Positions 47,224 through 58,975 of a stretch of DNA of 64,000 bases are shown here, one piece after another. How positions within the stretch are numbered: the first letter of the stretch is position 1; every line of letters begins with the position of its first letter. The notes below the pieces were generated by a model. The model had not been told where the DNA came from. It was given only the letters and a program-made list of their open reading frames with translations, and did no database searches. The translations under genes and the position numbers were made by a program. The stretch comes from Thalia democratica (lineage: Eukaryota), in assembly GCA_965202585.1 (NCBI GenBank), contig OZ241831.1, positions 45,384,001 through 45,448,000 of the forward strand, written 5' to 3'.

Positions 47224-48804
47224 ATTAAAATACTGTGGAGACTTTGATTGTGGAGATCTATTCCTTCGTGAGTCAAGATCTAAAGAAGAACCATATTGCC
47301 GAAAATTATTTTCTTGACGTCTTTGCTCTCTCATTTTTTCTTGTAAAATTTCTTGACGCCTTTGCTGTCTCATATGTTCTACCAAAATTTTTTGACGTCT
47401 TTGCTGTCTCATTTGTTCTTTTAAAATTTTTTGACGTCTTTGCTCTCTCACTTTTTCTTGCAAAATTTCTTGTTGTTTTCGTTCTCTCATTTGCTCTTTT
47501 AGAAGTTCTTGTTGTCTTTGCTGTCTATATTTTTCTTTTAGAAGTTCTTCATACCTTAATTTTTTAAGTTGTTCTAGTAAAAATTGTTCTCGCCTCATTT
47601 TTGCTTTTAAACGTTCTTGATGTCTTTGTTGTCTAATTTTTTCATTTAAACGTTGTTGTTGTTTAAACTGGTTTTTAGAAGGACCATTATTGTATGCTCT
47701 TTCAGGTTGTGAATATGATTTTCTTTGCTACAAAATATTTTTAAAGTTAGTATTTCAGACTAATTTCAAAGTAGATTTTTATGTATAAAAGTTTAACTAT
47801 AGCAAATGAAACACTCGAATTCAAATTTAGAGGTTTATGACCATTAGTAAATAAAAAATTGTGAAAACTTATAGTAATAAAGTATATAAACCTAGTCATT
47901 GCTTCAAACAAATTTTAACTTTATCAAACAGAAAATTTCTTAATTTCTACAAAAAAATACTTTAGAAGTAAAGACATTTTTAAAAACACAAACTTACAGG
48001 TTTCTTTTCGCCAATGATCTTTAACAATGTATCATAGTAAACTGAAAACTGCTTGGATTTAGCACCAGAAAATATCTTTGCAATGTAGAGTAGCTTGATG
48101 CCCACGTGGAGACCACAGTTGTCCAAGCCTTCGTTGTACAATTGCATAAACTTGACTGGTGCGAAACATTTCAAATAATTTCCAAGGCTGGCTTGGTAGT
48201 CGTTTTTGAAAGCCACAACTAAAAGCTGTTAAATTTTGAATGTGAAAATAAAAAAGTGTGTGTGTTGAAAAAGATAACTAGAAAAACTAAAGAGCAAAAA
48301 ACTATTACAAATGCTGGTGTAAAATAAAACACTTTTTGCTTGTAAGTTTGACATTGACATACTAGAAATTTGATTGGTATCAAAAATAGTTGTTGATCTT
48401 AGACTTAAAGAGAATATTTTTGAGCAATTGATAATATTATCAAGTATTTAAATATCTTACCATTATCAAGGCATCTCTTTTTGAATAATGATCATCTAAA
48501 TTGCTGTGAACAATTTGCCTGAACAAGTTGAAAGCTTGTTTTTCTTCACTTTTCAATGAGTTGGGTAGAAAATAACCAGTGTTGAAACTATCATGAATAT
48601 CGAAATGCTTGTTTGTTGAAAGGTGTTGGCCATTCAAATACACTTGCAATTGTGTGTCAAGATCTACAAGACTGCTGAACGAGCTATATCGACTGTTAGT
48701 TCTTTCATCGTACACACCTCTGCAAATAGTTAGTTTAATTTTATTATATGTTTCATATTTTATGTAAGCGACAACTTGTTGATTGTTTTCAGTGTAGTAA
48801 ATCA
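47224..48804 (-). CDS. Unrecognised spliced protein-coding gene (three joined exons) with a Gln/Arg/Glu-rich 13-aa repeat region
   Basis: Exons 48804-48461 (tttaag / GTAAGA), 48225-47998 (tttaacag / GTAAGT) and 47727-47224 (tttgtag / GTTAGT) join in phase 0 into one open frame: ...SKRDALIM|LLVVAFKND...GEKKP|QRKSYSQ...SPQYFN. The 5' end is not resolved. Confidence 0.72.
47300..47660 (-). repeat. Coding 39-bp minisatellite (13-aa unit like EQRRQKILKEQMR)
   Basis: GACG marker at 47316, 47355, 47394, 47433 (39-bp spacing); about 8 units in translation. Confidence 0.85.
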
Positions 48805-51800
48805 CTTAAAGTTTAAATGTTTACTTTCTATGTAACTACTGGAGAAAAAATATGGAAAAACATGTACTTCACTGAGTTTATGTCTGCTTTACCTTTGACT
48901 TTATATTTTTTATTTAACTAACAATATTGTATAAACAAAAATGAACTTCAGAATTATGATAAATTTTGTACATATTTTTAATCTACTTTCAGGTATTTAT
49001 CATTCTTTGAAAATAAACAATATTCAAGTAAGATATTTATTTATGATCTTTTTTTTAACGTTTTGTAACTATTTGCCCATTTAAAAAGCATTAGATACTT
49101 AACACAGATGTTAATTACTTTTCTGCTTATAATTCACAATGATATCCATGTAAGGCACATGTTAGTAATTCTAAACCAGTGTTTCTCAAACTATTTTTCA
49201 TAAGGCACCCTTTCAACAAATTAAAAAACAATGGACCCTCCAATAAGATTTCTCAAAAAAAAACTCTTAAACACGCCAAAGACCTTTTTTTGCTTTTCAT
49301 CATCAACTCCAGAATATCTAGCGTAAGTTTTAAGTTATGACCCCCTTTTATACTTAATGGCCCCTGATTCTCCAAAATGGTCCTCTTTGGGAAGCCTTGG
49401 TCTAGTGTAAGTTTAAAATTTTCCAGTAATATGTGGTGTAAGTTTCAGAACTACCCTTAAGTACGTCAAAGACCTTCTTTTTGCTCTTCATCATTAACTT
49501 AATCTTAGAGACAAAATAAAGCTAGTAAAACCAATGCACTTGTGGGTGGTGGATTGTTATTACAGAATATCAATGAAGTTGTTAATGCTTGTCAAAGTAT
49601 CAATGTAATCGCACTGTGTATATTCAATAAATGGACCAACAAATTGCCACCACTTAAGTATGGCGTTCAGGTGCCTGGCATTGCTTTAATCTTTTTAACA
49701 AATTCAATTTTGTTGCATTTTTTGACAACAATTATGCTCAAGTAGTTTTCATTAAATTGTGTAGTAAACAACAAAACAACACTCAAATAATTAGTCCTAG
49801 GACATGGTGCACAAAAAGCCTTTTAATTATCAAGTCCACACCACTTGGATACTTTTTAATGTTTTGTACAGAACTATAAACATTGTTTTAAATAGAACTA
49901 TGAAATAAGATAGAAAAAATATATGCTAAAAAGAAACGGATGTTGTTTTAAGTTTTAGTTTGGTAGCACCAACAAAATTGAAAAGAGCCTTAACTTTTTA
50001 TATAAAGCTAAAAGTAGCATCAAGTAACAGCATGTTAAATTATGGATAAAACTATAGTAAAAATATTTATTTTCAAAACTAGTAAAAATATTTGATGTTG
50101 TACTAAAGAGTTTTGAGAACAGTAAAATGTTAAACAAAACTTGCAGAATTCAGAAATTCCATAAAATCCATAAACAAAAAGAGTCTGATTACAAGAAAAC
50201 AAATTATTATAACTAAAATTCTTATAAAACCATTAAAGACACCATAATCTTAGAAAAAATTCTGAATGAAAAAAATAATATTTTTACCAGAAGTTCTTAT
50301 TAACAAAACTATGATGGTATAAAATATAAACTATTAAGAGAAACTATTAATTTCAAATCAGGATTATCAGAATTTTAGCTGTCTGAGTTCGAATCATTGT
50401 GGTATCTAAGAAAATATAGTACCTTTTATAAAAAGAATTGTGAAGAAATAAATCATAAAGTATGAAGAAGATGTATTTTTATTTACTCCATTAATAAAGT
50501 AAGTAAATGTTTAACTACAAAAACGTGTTAGCTAACAAATTAAAATTCTAAAGAAATATTTTATAAATCAATTTTAATACAAAAAAAAGATCTAACAGAA
50601 AGTTGTGAGAAGATATTTTACTACTTGTACACATTAGTAATCCCTAAAAACATCAATAACTTTAGCATTTCTAATAAGTAAGTTAACTGGTGCTTTGAAA
50701 AACTTGGGTAGACTTCTAAATTTCACTGTCTTTTAAAGATGAACAATAAATTGCTTATTTCACAAGTAGTTTTGTTTATAAATAAAAAACTCAAGTGTTA
50801 ACTGGCTTCAGTGAATTTATTGAGTTACGCAGGTAATATTCATGTTGTGGCTAAATAAAATGTATTTTTAAAGTAAAGCCAGTATAACTACAGTTTTTAA
50901 ATCTAGGTATAAAATTTATTATTTTTTTGCAATTTAATTCTTAAACACTTTGCTTTAATTTTTTGCAATTTTATTCTTAAACATTGACAAATGCATGACA
51001 ACTTCATTATAAAAAATAAATTAATTAATAAATTTGAAATTTATAAAAAAAAAAAAATTATGTTTACTCCGGTGCTATCTAGAAAGTAAAATATGACCTT
51101 ATAATTGAATTTATATTAAAACATAATTTAACACAAAATAGCTTAAACCTTTAAAAGAAAAACAACTTATTATAATAAGTTCTATTACAGTAAAAGTTTA
51201 AACTTACAATAAGTTATTCTTAAAAGTGGTAAATGTTATACAAATTTAACTAATTACCAATAACTAATAACTTACTAAGTTAAAGTGTATATTTATCAAT
51301 AATAACTTACAAAAATTTAGAAACTTCTCACAGGCTCAGAGTATTTTGTACAAACTTCTTTTCATGATTACTGTTTAAAATAAATAATCTGTTATTTTAA
51401 ACTTTTTGTAAAAATATATTTTCCAAAAATAAAAAACACTACAAACAACTTAAAACTAAAATTAACTTCTAAAAAAACTCACTGATATGCGTTACTTGAA
51501 AACATTCTTAACTTCTTCTCTAATAAAAAAAAATATCAGCTAACAATAAAAAATGAGTTATTAAAATGTGCTTTTTAACAAGCATTATTAATAAAATAAA
51601 TATTAAAAGATTAAAGAACATCTAAACAATTGTATATTTATTTAAATTCATAAATTTAGACAAACATAATTTTAAAAACTTATTGTCAAAAGGCTTAAAA
51701 TTTTAAACTTAAGTAAGTTGGGATATAAAAAAAAATAGTTGTGCGTGGTAAGTAATCAATAAACTATAAACTTTTTTGTTACAAACAAAAAATCAAAAAA

Positions 51801-54012
51801 TTTTAGAATTATTGAAAAATAATTTTTGAAATGACTAAACTCATTTATTTAATATTTTCATAGATTTCAATATAACTCACACTTTGAAAAAACACTGTTT
51901 TATTTTCAAATAAAAAACTTCTTGCATTTTAGTTAAGCTTGGTATATAAACTAAAAAAAACCTCAAAAGAATGAAAAACATTTATGCTACATATATTTTT
52001 AAAAACTTTTTAAATTTTTTCATCTTTTAAAAGCCTTTTAATAAGAAACTTATGTTTAGTTCTAAACAGAACTATAGAAGTATGCAGCTTTTAAGTCAGT
52101 GTAAAATGTGGAAGCAGCTCATAAGTAAGAGTGATAGTATAAAAAAACAAATAATAAATAAAAATTTAACATAAATGTTAAAAAATAAAGAACAAAATAA
52201 AGAAAAAAAATTGAGTGGGAATTGTGCGCTGGTGGATTTTAATCGAGTAGTAAATGATTGCGGGTGGGAATTGTATGTATACATGTATACCGTAGAATGT
52301 ATATGTACTTTTATGTTATAAAGAATAATAATAATTAAAAGGTAATAGAGTAGAATAAATTTGATTAAGCAGTCATTTAAATTTTTTTTATATAATTATG
52401 TTTGTTCACAATTAAAGGTTATCAAACAACAAATGTATGATTTTGTTTGCATAGTAGTTTCTATTTGAAATTAAATTTACTACCAGCTATTTTTTGTATA
52501 CCAAGCTGTTAAAATAAAGCTGATTTTGAATCTAGCAGTACAAAAACTTTTATTTTTGTCAGTAAGTAACTATTCAAAACTTGACAATCTAAGTATTTAA
52601 AACGACAAACAAATTAGAGCTATACTCCTAAAAATTGCCTTAAATTCAAGCACTGGTAAGATATTCTTCAAAGCTGATTAAGTAGTGACTTGATTGTGAC
52701 TAGGAACTATTTGTCATACAGAAGTGTTTAAACTGGATCTAATACTAGCATCAACAAGTATGGTTTATTAAACAAAAAAAAATTGAATATAGTTTATTTA
52801 AACTCTTCCTATCTTTACTTTTATTTACATTATTTCAAGATTGACCTGTATGAAATTAGAGTTCTGTTTATCAGAAAACAAGTTTTTTAAAAATTTACTT
52901 TAAGCAACTCTTTCAAAGTTACACAATAAGAATTTAATAAATTTGTGATTTTTTTAAGACAAGCAGAAAACACTTCAGAATAAATTAAAGTTGACCTACA
53001 CTTTAATAATAAAGTCAGTAAACCTCATAGTAATGTTTATAATTGAAATTTTTCTGCTAACACACTTTCTTATAGAAAAACCAGTTATTTGTAAGATATA
53101 CTTATAAATTCAAAAAACAGAAATATAAGTACTTTAATATAGTTATTGAAATACTATTTTATAAACATAACAAACTTTGAACTATGTTGTACAAATAAAC
53201 ATGCATTGAACTAAATAATAGGAAATTGTACATATATTACATTCACAATTTTAATTCAAGTAAGAAAACAAACTGATGATGTTTTAAAAGAAACTATTTA
53301 TGCTAATATTTACATAATTATGACAACAAAAAACAAACTCCAAACTAAATTACCAAGTCAGGTCAAAATTGCACAAAGCTTTGCACGTGAAGTCATTTTT
53401 ACATGAAAGCAAAAAAAATATTAATAAAAAAAAGAGAAATGACTAAAAACAGACTAGTAAAAAAATAATCTACCGACAATGGGTAAGGGTTAGGGGTAAT
53501 AGTGATAGTAAAAAATAAAAATAAAAAAAATTAACAAAAATATTTAAACAAAAAAAAGTTACAAACCAAGGGTAAGGGTAACAGTGATAGTTAAAAAAAT
53601 AATTAAATTAATTAAACAATAAAAATAAAAAAAAACATTTAAATAAATTCAAAAAATTTCTCCCATGCAAAAATATCTTTGTGCAAAATTGACCCATTGT
53701 GAAGTGTCTTTGTGCAAAAGTATCTTCGTGCAATTTGTGCTATACCAATTATTCTTTTATTAATTTGACACCTACCCTAATTTTAAAACGTTGTTTTAAG
53801 TTCAAATTAAATAACATTTAATTCTAGCTATCTTCTTTTATCTAAAAAAGAGCTTCAATTAATGTATATGTTTTTAAAAAATTTATAAATTTATAACAAC
53901 AAATTGTTCCAAATACTTTTATAACTTAAGAGTATTACTTAAAACAAAAAGTAACTTTTAACTAACTAACTTGTTTTATTCACTATAACATCAGTTTTTA
54001 CAGTTGGCAATA

Positions 54013-56037
54013 TTGCAATCTGTTTGGGCTAAGATTTCTAGGCTAAGATTATGAAAAATCGAGCATTTAACGTTCCGCATGAGTAATTTCACTACTAAAA
54101 TAGGCTAATAATTTGCAAATTATATCATGGTATACGCCTGTGTCATTTTCATACTTTTCCATATTAAACTTTGTTTAAAACTAATAAAACACATATCAAT
54201 ACGTTCCCTAGGCTTCGTAGTTATTGAATAACTTGTTTATTTAAAAAAAAAACACTTTTAATATATATTTTTAAGACCTCAAAGTTCGACTTGTTTTGTT
54301 TAAAAAATTTTTCTTTTTTCAAGTACACGCACGTGTCATTTTCATACTTTTCCATATTAAACTTTGTTTAAAACTAATAAAACACATATCAATACGTTTC
54401 CTAGGCTTTGTAGTTATTGAATAACTTGTTTATTTTTAATAAAAATACTTTTAGTATACATTTTTAAGACCTCAAAGTTCGACTTGTTTTGTTCAAAAAA
54501 TTTTTCTTTTTTCAAGTACACGCACGTGTCATTTTCATACTTTTCCATATTAAACTTTCTTTAAAACTTATAAAACACATATCAATACGTTCCCTAGGCT
54601 TCGTAGTTATTGAATAACTTGTTTATTTTTAATAAAAATACTTTTAGTATACATTTTTAAGACCTCAAAGTTCGACTTATTTTGTTCAAAAAATTTTTCT
54701 TTTTTCAAGTACACGCACGTGTCATTTTCATACTTTTTCATATTAAACTTTGTTTAAAACTAATAAAACACATATCAATACGTTCCCTAGGCTTCGTAGT
54801 TATTGAATAATTTGTTTATTTTTAATAAAAACACTTTTAATGTATATTTTTAAGACCTCAAAGTTCGACTTGTTTTGTTCAAAAAGTTTTTCTTTTTTCA
54901 AGTAAACGCACGTGTCATTTTCATACTTTTCCATATTAAACTTTGTTTAAAACTTATAAAACACATATCAATACGTTCCCTAGGCTTTGTAGTTATTGAA
55001 TAACTTGTTTATTTTCAATAAAAATACTTTTAGTATACATTTTTAAGACCTCAAAGTTCGACTTGTTTTGTTCAAAAAATTTTTCTTTTTTCAAGTACAC
55101 GCACGTGTCATTTTCATACTTTTCCATATTAAACTTTGTTTAAAACTAATGAAACACATATCAATACGTTCCCTAGGCTTGGTAGTTATTGAATAACTTG
55201 TTTATTTAAAAAAAAACACTTTTAATATATATTTTTAAGACCTCAAAGTTCGTATTAAATTTCTTCGTAAAAAAGTTCGTAAATTTTTTAGTTTTAAACA
55301 AAGTTTAATATGGAAAAGTATGAAAATGACACGTGCGTGTACTTGAAAAAAGAAAATTTTTTGAACAAAACAAGTCGAACTTTGAGGTCTTAAAAATGTA
55401 TACTAAAAGTATTTTTATTAAAAATAAACAAGTTATTCAATAACTACGAAGCCTAGGGAACGTATTGATATGTGTTTTATAAGTTTTAAAGAAAGTTTAA
55501 TATGGAAAAGTATGAAAATGACACGTGCGTGTACTTGAAAAAAGAAAAATTTTTTGAACAAAACAAGTCGAACTTTGAGGTCTTAAAAATGTATACTAAA
55601 AGTATTTTTATTAAAAATAAACAAATTATTCAATAACTACGAAGTCTAGGAAACGTATTGATATGTGTTTTATTAGTTTTAAACAAAGTTTAATACGGAA
55701 AAGTATGAAAATGACACGTGCGTGTACTTGAAAAAAGAAAAAGTTTTTGAACAAAACAAGTCGAACTTTGAGGTCTTAAAAATGTATACTAAAAGTATTT
55801 TTATTAAAAATAAACAAGTTATTCAATAACTACGAAGCCTAGGGAACGTATTGATATGTGTTTTATTAGTTTTAAAGAAAGTTTAATATGAAAAAGTATG
55901 AAAATGACACAGGCGTATACCATGATATAATTTGCAAAATATTAGCCTATTTTAGTAGTGAAATTACTCATGCGTAACGTTAAATGCTCGATTTTTCATA
56001 ATCTTAGCCTAGAAATCTTAGCCCAAACAGATCGCAA
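54013..56037. mobile_element. Foldback-like palindrome of 193-bp tandem units with ~130-bp unique terminal inverted repeats
   Basis: 54013-54141 is mirrored by 55909-56037. Left units start at 54142, 54335, 54528, 54721, 54914, 55107; inverted units end at 55330, 55522, 55715, 55908; centre about 55253-55288. Flanked by TA on both sides, no longer TSD seen. Confidence 0.82.
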
Positions 56038-56509
56038 TACAAAATAAAATAGTAAGTGCTATTTATTTCAAGTTTGGTTTATTTTGAGTTTACTGAGTTG
56101 CATCATATTCGCTATAGAAATATAAAGTTACTAATAAACTAATTTAAATATTTAACTGAATTACAATTACAATCAGGGATCAAATAGCTTAAGTTTTCTT
56201 AAGAAAGTATACTCAAAGGTTTGAAAGCTTTGAAAATGTTGAGTCAGCAAAAAATAAGCTTTTTGTTTTTAATTTTTGTTTTGTTAAACCTTTATTTTTT
56301 GGTAAATTTTTAGAATTTTTTGGTACGGTGGGTTAGGGCCTTAGGGGTGAGGGTTTTTAAAAAAAAAATTTAAAAAACTTTAAAATAATTTGTCGAATCA
56401 ATTTTTTTAAAGCTCAGACTGAACTTTTCGTTTTCTTACAAGTTTGTCGTAATTATACACTTGATAAATCTTACAGCTACTATTTTATTAAAATGTATAT
56501 AATTATTTA

Positions 56510-57700
56510 ACTATATAACCCACCGTTTTGCTGTTCAGTGAAAACAAATGTGGGAAACAAATTCTTAGAAATAATAAAGAAGCATTTTAGCAAAGAAAGC
56601 AAACTAAATAAATATGTCAACAGCAACTGCATAAAGCTAAGTTACAGCTGTATGCCAAATATCGAAATGACAATCAAAAGCCACAACAAAAAACTGTTGA
56701 ATATAGAAAAAATCACAGATGAGACGTGCAATTGTAGGGACAAAAATAAATGCCCCCTAAAAGGTGGCAATTGTAGAACTGAAAACGTCATATATGAAGC
56801 TTCAGTAAGCGCAAAAAACGAAACCAAAACATATATTGGAATAACAGCAAACCAATTAAAGAAAAGAATTTCAACGCACAATACAACAATCAATTGCAAA
56901 CCTGATAACAGAAACTACAATAAATACGTAAATTCAACAGAACTATCAAAACTAATTCACAAATTAAAAAACGAAGGAGAGGATTAAAAATTAAATTGGA
57001 AGATCCTAGAAAGAGTAAACAAACACCAACCAGGAAAAACAACATGCAAGCTTTGCTTGAAAGAAGCCCTCAAGATATTACAAGCAAGCAACAACTGTAT
57101 CAACAAAAAATCCGAACTTATGGGCAGTTGCAGACATAGGAACAAATTTATGTTGATGAATTGGAAGCAAGCAATTAGCTAGTATAACAAATGTTTAAAT
57201 TAGGGTTTTGAATTTTGAGTTTTATTTGTTGTTTTTTATTATTTTTTTTATTATTTTATTAAATGTTAAATATTCCGTTTCAACTTAAATTCATGCATTG
57301 TGTTTAACCATTACTAGTTAATATGTTGCTTTTTAATGTTTTGTTTTATTTCGAAGTATATTAAGAATTAAAGCCAATCCTTTTGCCTAAACCTTTAACT
57401 ATAATCAAACATTCTGATATTATTATTATTATTATAATTACAACACAATATATTTTTCTAATTGCTAACTTAATCTAATCAAAATAATTAACAAAAGGCA
57501 TTTCTACTTTCTCTCTCTCTCTTTTTACTTTCATTTACTTTCTTTTTACGCATGAATAGTTATTTTGTATATATTAATAGTTGCCTAAAACGTGCTTATT
57601 CTTATTTTGTTGAAGCCTGAAGAGATTGACTATCTGTCTTTCGAAACAGCTGTTGTTAAACAAAATAAACTATAGCACTCTATTTGTATTTGTATATAAC
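56510..57700 (+). mobile_element. 5'-truncated Penelope-like retroelement (GIY-YIG endonuclease end plus 3' region with hammerhead)
   Basis: Frame 56514-57182: YNPPF...KLSYSCMPNI...CNCRDKNKCPLKGGNCRTENVIYEA...YIGITANQLKKRISTH...STELSKLIH..*KIKWKIL...CKLCLKEA...INKKSEL..CRHRNKF. One in-frame TAA at 56985-56987; no RT domain in the window. Confidence 0.88.
57602..57668 (+). ncRNA. Type I hammerhead ribozyme (minimal, probably dimeric) of the Penelope-like element
   Basis: CTGAAGA core (57617-57623); stem II GA-TT-GAC-TATCT-GTC-TT-TC; GAAA (57643-57646); stem III AC/GT around palindromic AACAGCTGTT; GTT triplet (predicted cut after 57654); stem I 57602-57616 pairing with 57655-57668. Confidence 0.75.
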
Positions 57701-57999
57701 TATTTACAAACTATTTGTTTACTTTAATTCAATTTTTATTGTTTCGTGCACTGTACAATACTGTCGGTATAAAAAAAGTTACCATGTGTATGATGAAAAC
57801 TAATTCAGTTTATGTATATAATTTTAGAAGCAGCCTCGTTTAAAAATAATTAAATTCATTATTTTTAGTTGGAGGATAGAAAGATCACATGTTCTGGCAA
57901 GAATGTATGTTTTTTTAATTTACTAGAAATTTAGATTAGTTTTAACAGTATAATAATTGAAGGTTAATTTTAGAAAAGTATATCATAAAAGTCTGCATC

Positions 58000-58270
58000 A
58001 AGCAAATGTTCCTAGTCATTCGGCACCTTTCGCTCACTGATCTAAGCAGCAGGTTTCCTACGAAGAGGCCTTGATTTAGGGTAGCTTAGGCAGTGAAGCT
58101 CACATGAATATGAGAGAACACCGTGGCAATAAAGCATCCCTTTGCTTTTGTATTAACTGCTGCTGTGCTTTTATCTGTATGAAATATTGAATGTGATAGT
58201 TTGCTAAGAGAGAACTGTAATGTAATAATCTGATACTATTGTCACGTCACATGGCTCGTTGAAGCACAAC
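58000..58270 (+). mobile_element. Possible highly decayed CR1/L2-type LINE fragment
   Basis: GC-richer island; one frame reads REHRGNKASL...KY...KREL...LSRHMAR, loosely like the HRRNVASL..FYKY..CS.EL...SR.TR motif; many stops. Confidence 0.3.
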
Positions 58271-58975
58271 TTGTTTGAGAGTATTCAGTTAGTAATAGTA
58301 AAAAAGCAACTTTAATCATTAAATTCAAATTTTTCAAATAGTTTAAATTTTGAAACATGCTTTATTTAAATAAAATATAAACTAGTAAGATTAACTTTTT
58401 TATTTTTTAAATTAGTTTTAAGCACTTCGAACTATATTTTTGATTATTTTTTAATTCAACCATTTAAAATAATCAAAATTTTGATTTATTAAGAAAGAAA
58501 GCTTTAAAAAAAACAAAAAAAATAAGTTTTTATAACATAAGCTAGTTCGTAGTAAAGTACATAACAATCTAAAAAAAACATTACTAAAATAATTTTTTTT
58601 TAACAAAAAAAAAAGTAGTTCAAAAATTTTTACAAAATTAAACTTTGTTAATATTTGTTATAATGTTATTAAAAATTATATAATGGATTTTTATTTGTTT
58701 TTTGTTTTTAGCTGCAATTATTTGAGTTCTAAACTATTCCACCTACTTAAATAATAATTAAATTTTAAATGAAGATCTTTGATAAATTGAAACTTTTTTA
58801 AAACGGGTTTCTTCAAAACAAAATATATCAAACCTTAATTTATTATGTTTAAACTAAATAAAATAAATCAAATCTTATGTATAACACTAAAGTCTTTAAC
58901 ATGTAAAAAATTAATTTATCAAAGTTAAATAATTTTATTTTTAATTGCTAAAACTGCTTCAACATGAGTTTTAAG

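Noticed and set aside
47235-47567. 110-aa hydrophobic plus-strand ORF
   Set aside because: Antisense shadow of the 39-bp coding repeat; the minus strand has the splice signals and frame continuity.
49542-49745. 67-aa plus-strand ORF and the GC-richer stretch around it
   Set aside because: No recognisable family, no convincing splice context, and stops in all longer frames on both strands; possibly a decayed coding fragment, but unsupported.
53480-53500. Telomere-like GGGTAAGGGTTAGGG (also ~56329-56350)
   Set aside because: Only 1-2 imperfect units inside MITE-like sequence; not a telomeric array.
54142-55908. Regular repeat arrays as CRISPR (also the 38-39 bp repeats at 59030-60675)
   Set aside because: No unique spacers, eukaryotic spliced-gene context, no cas genes.
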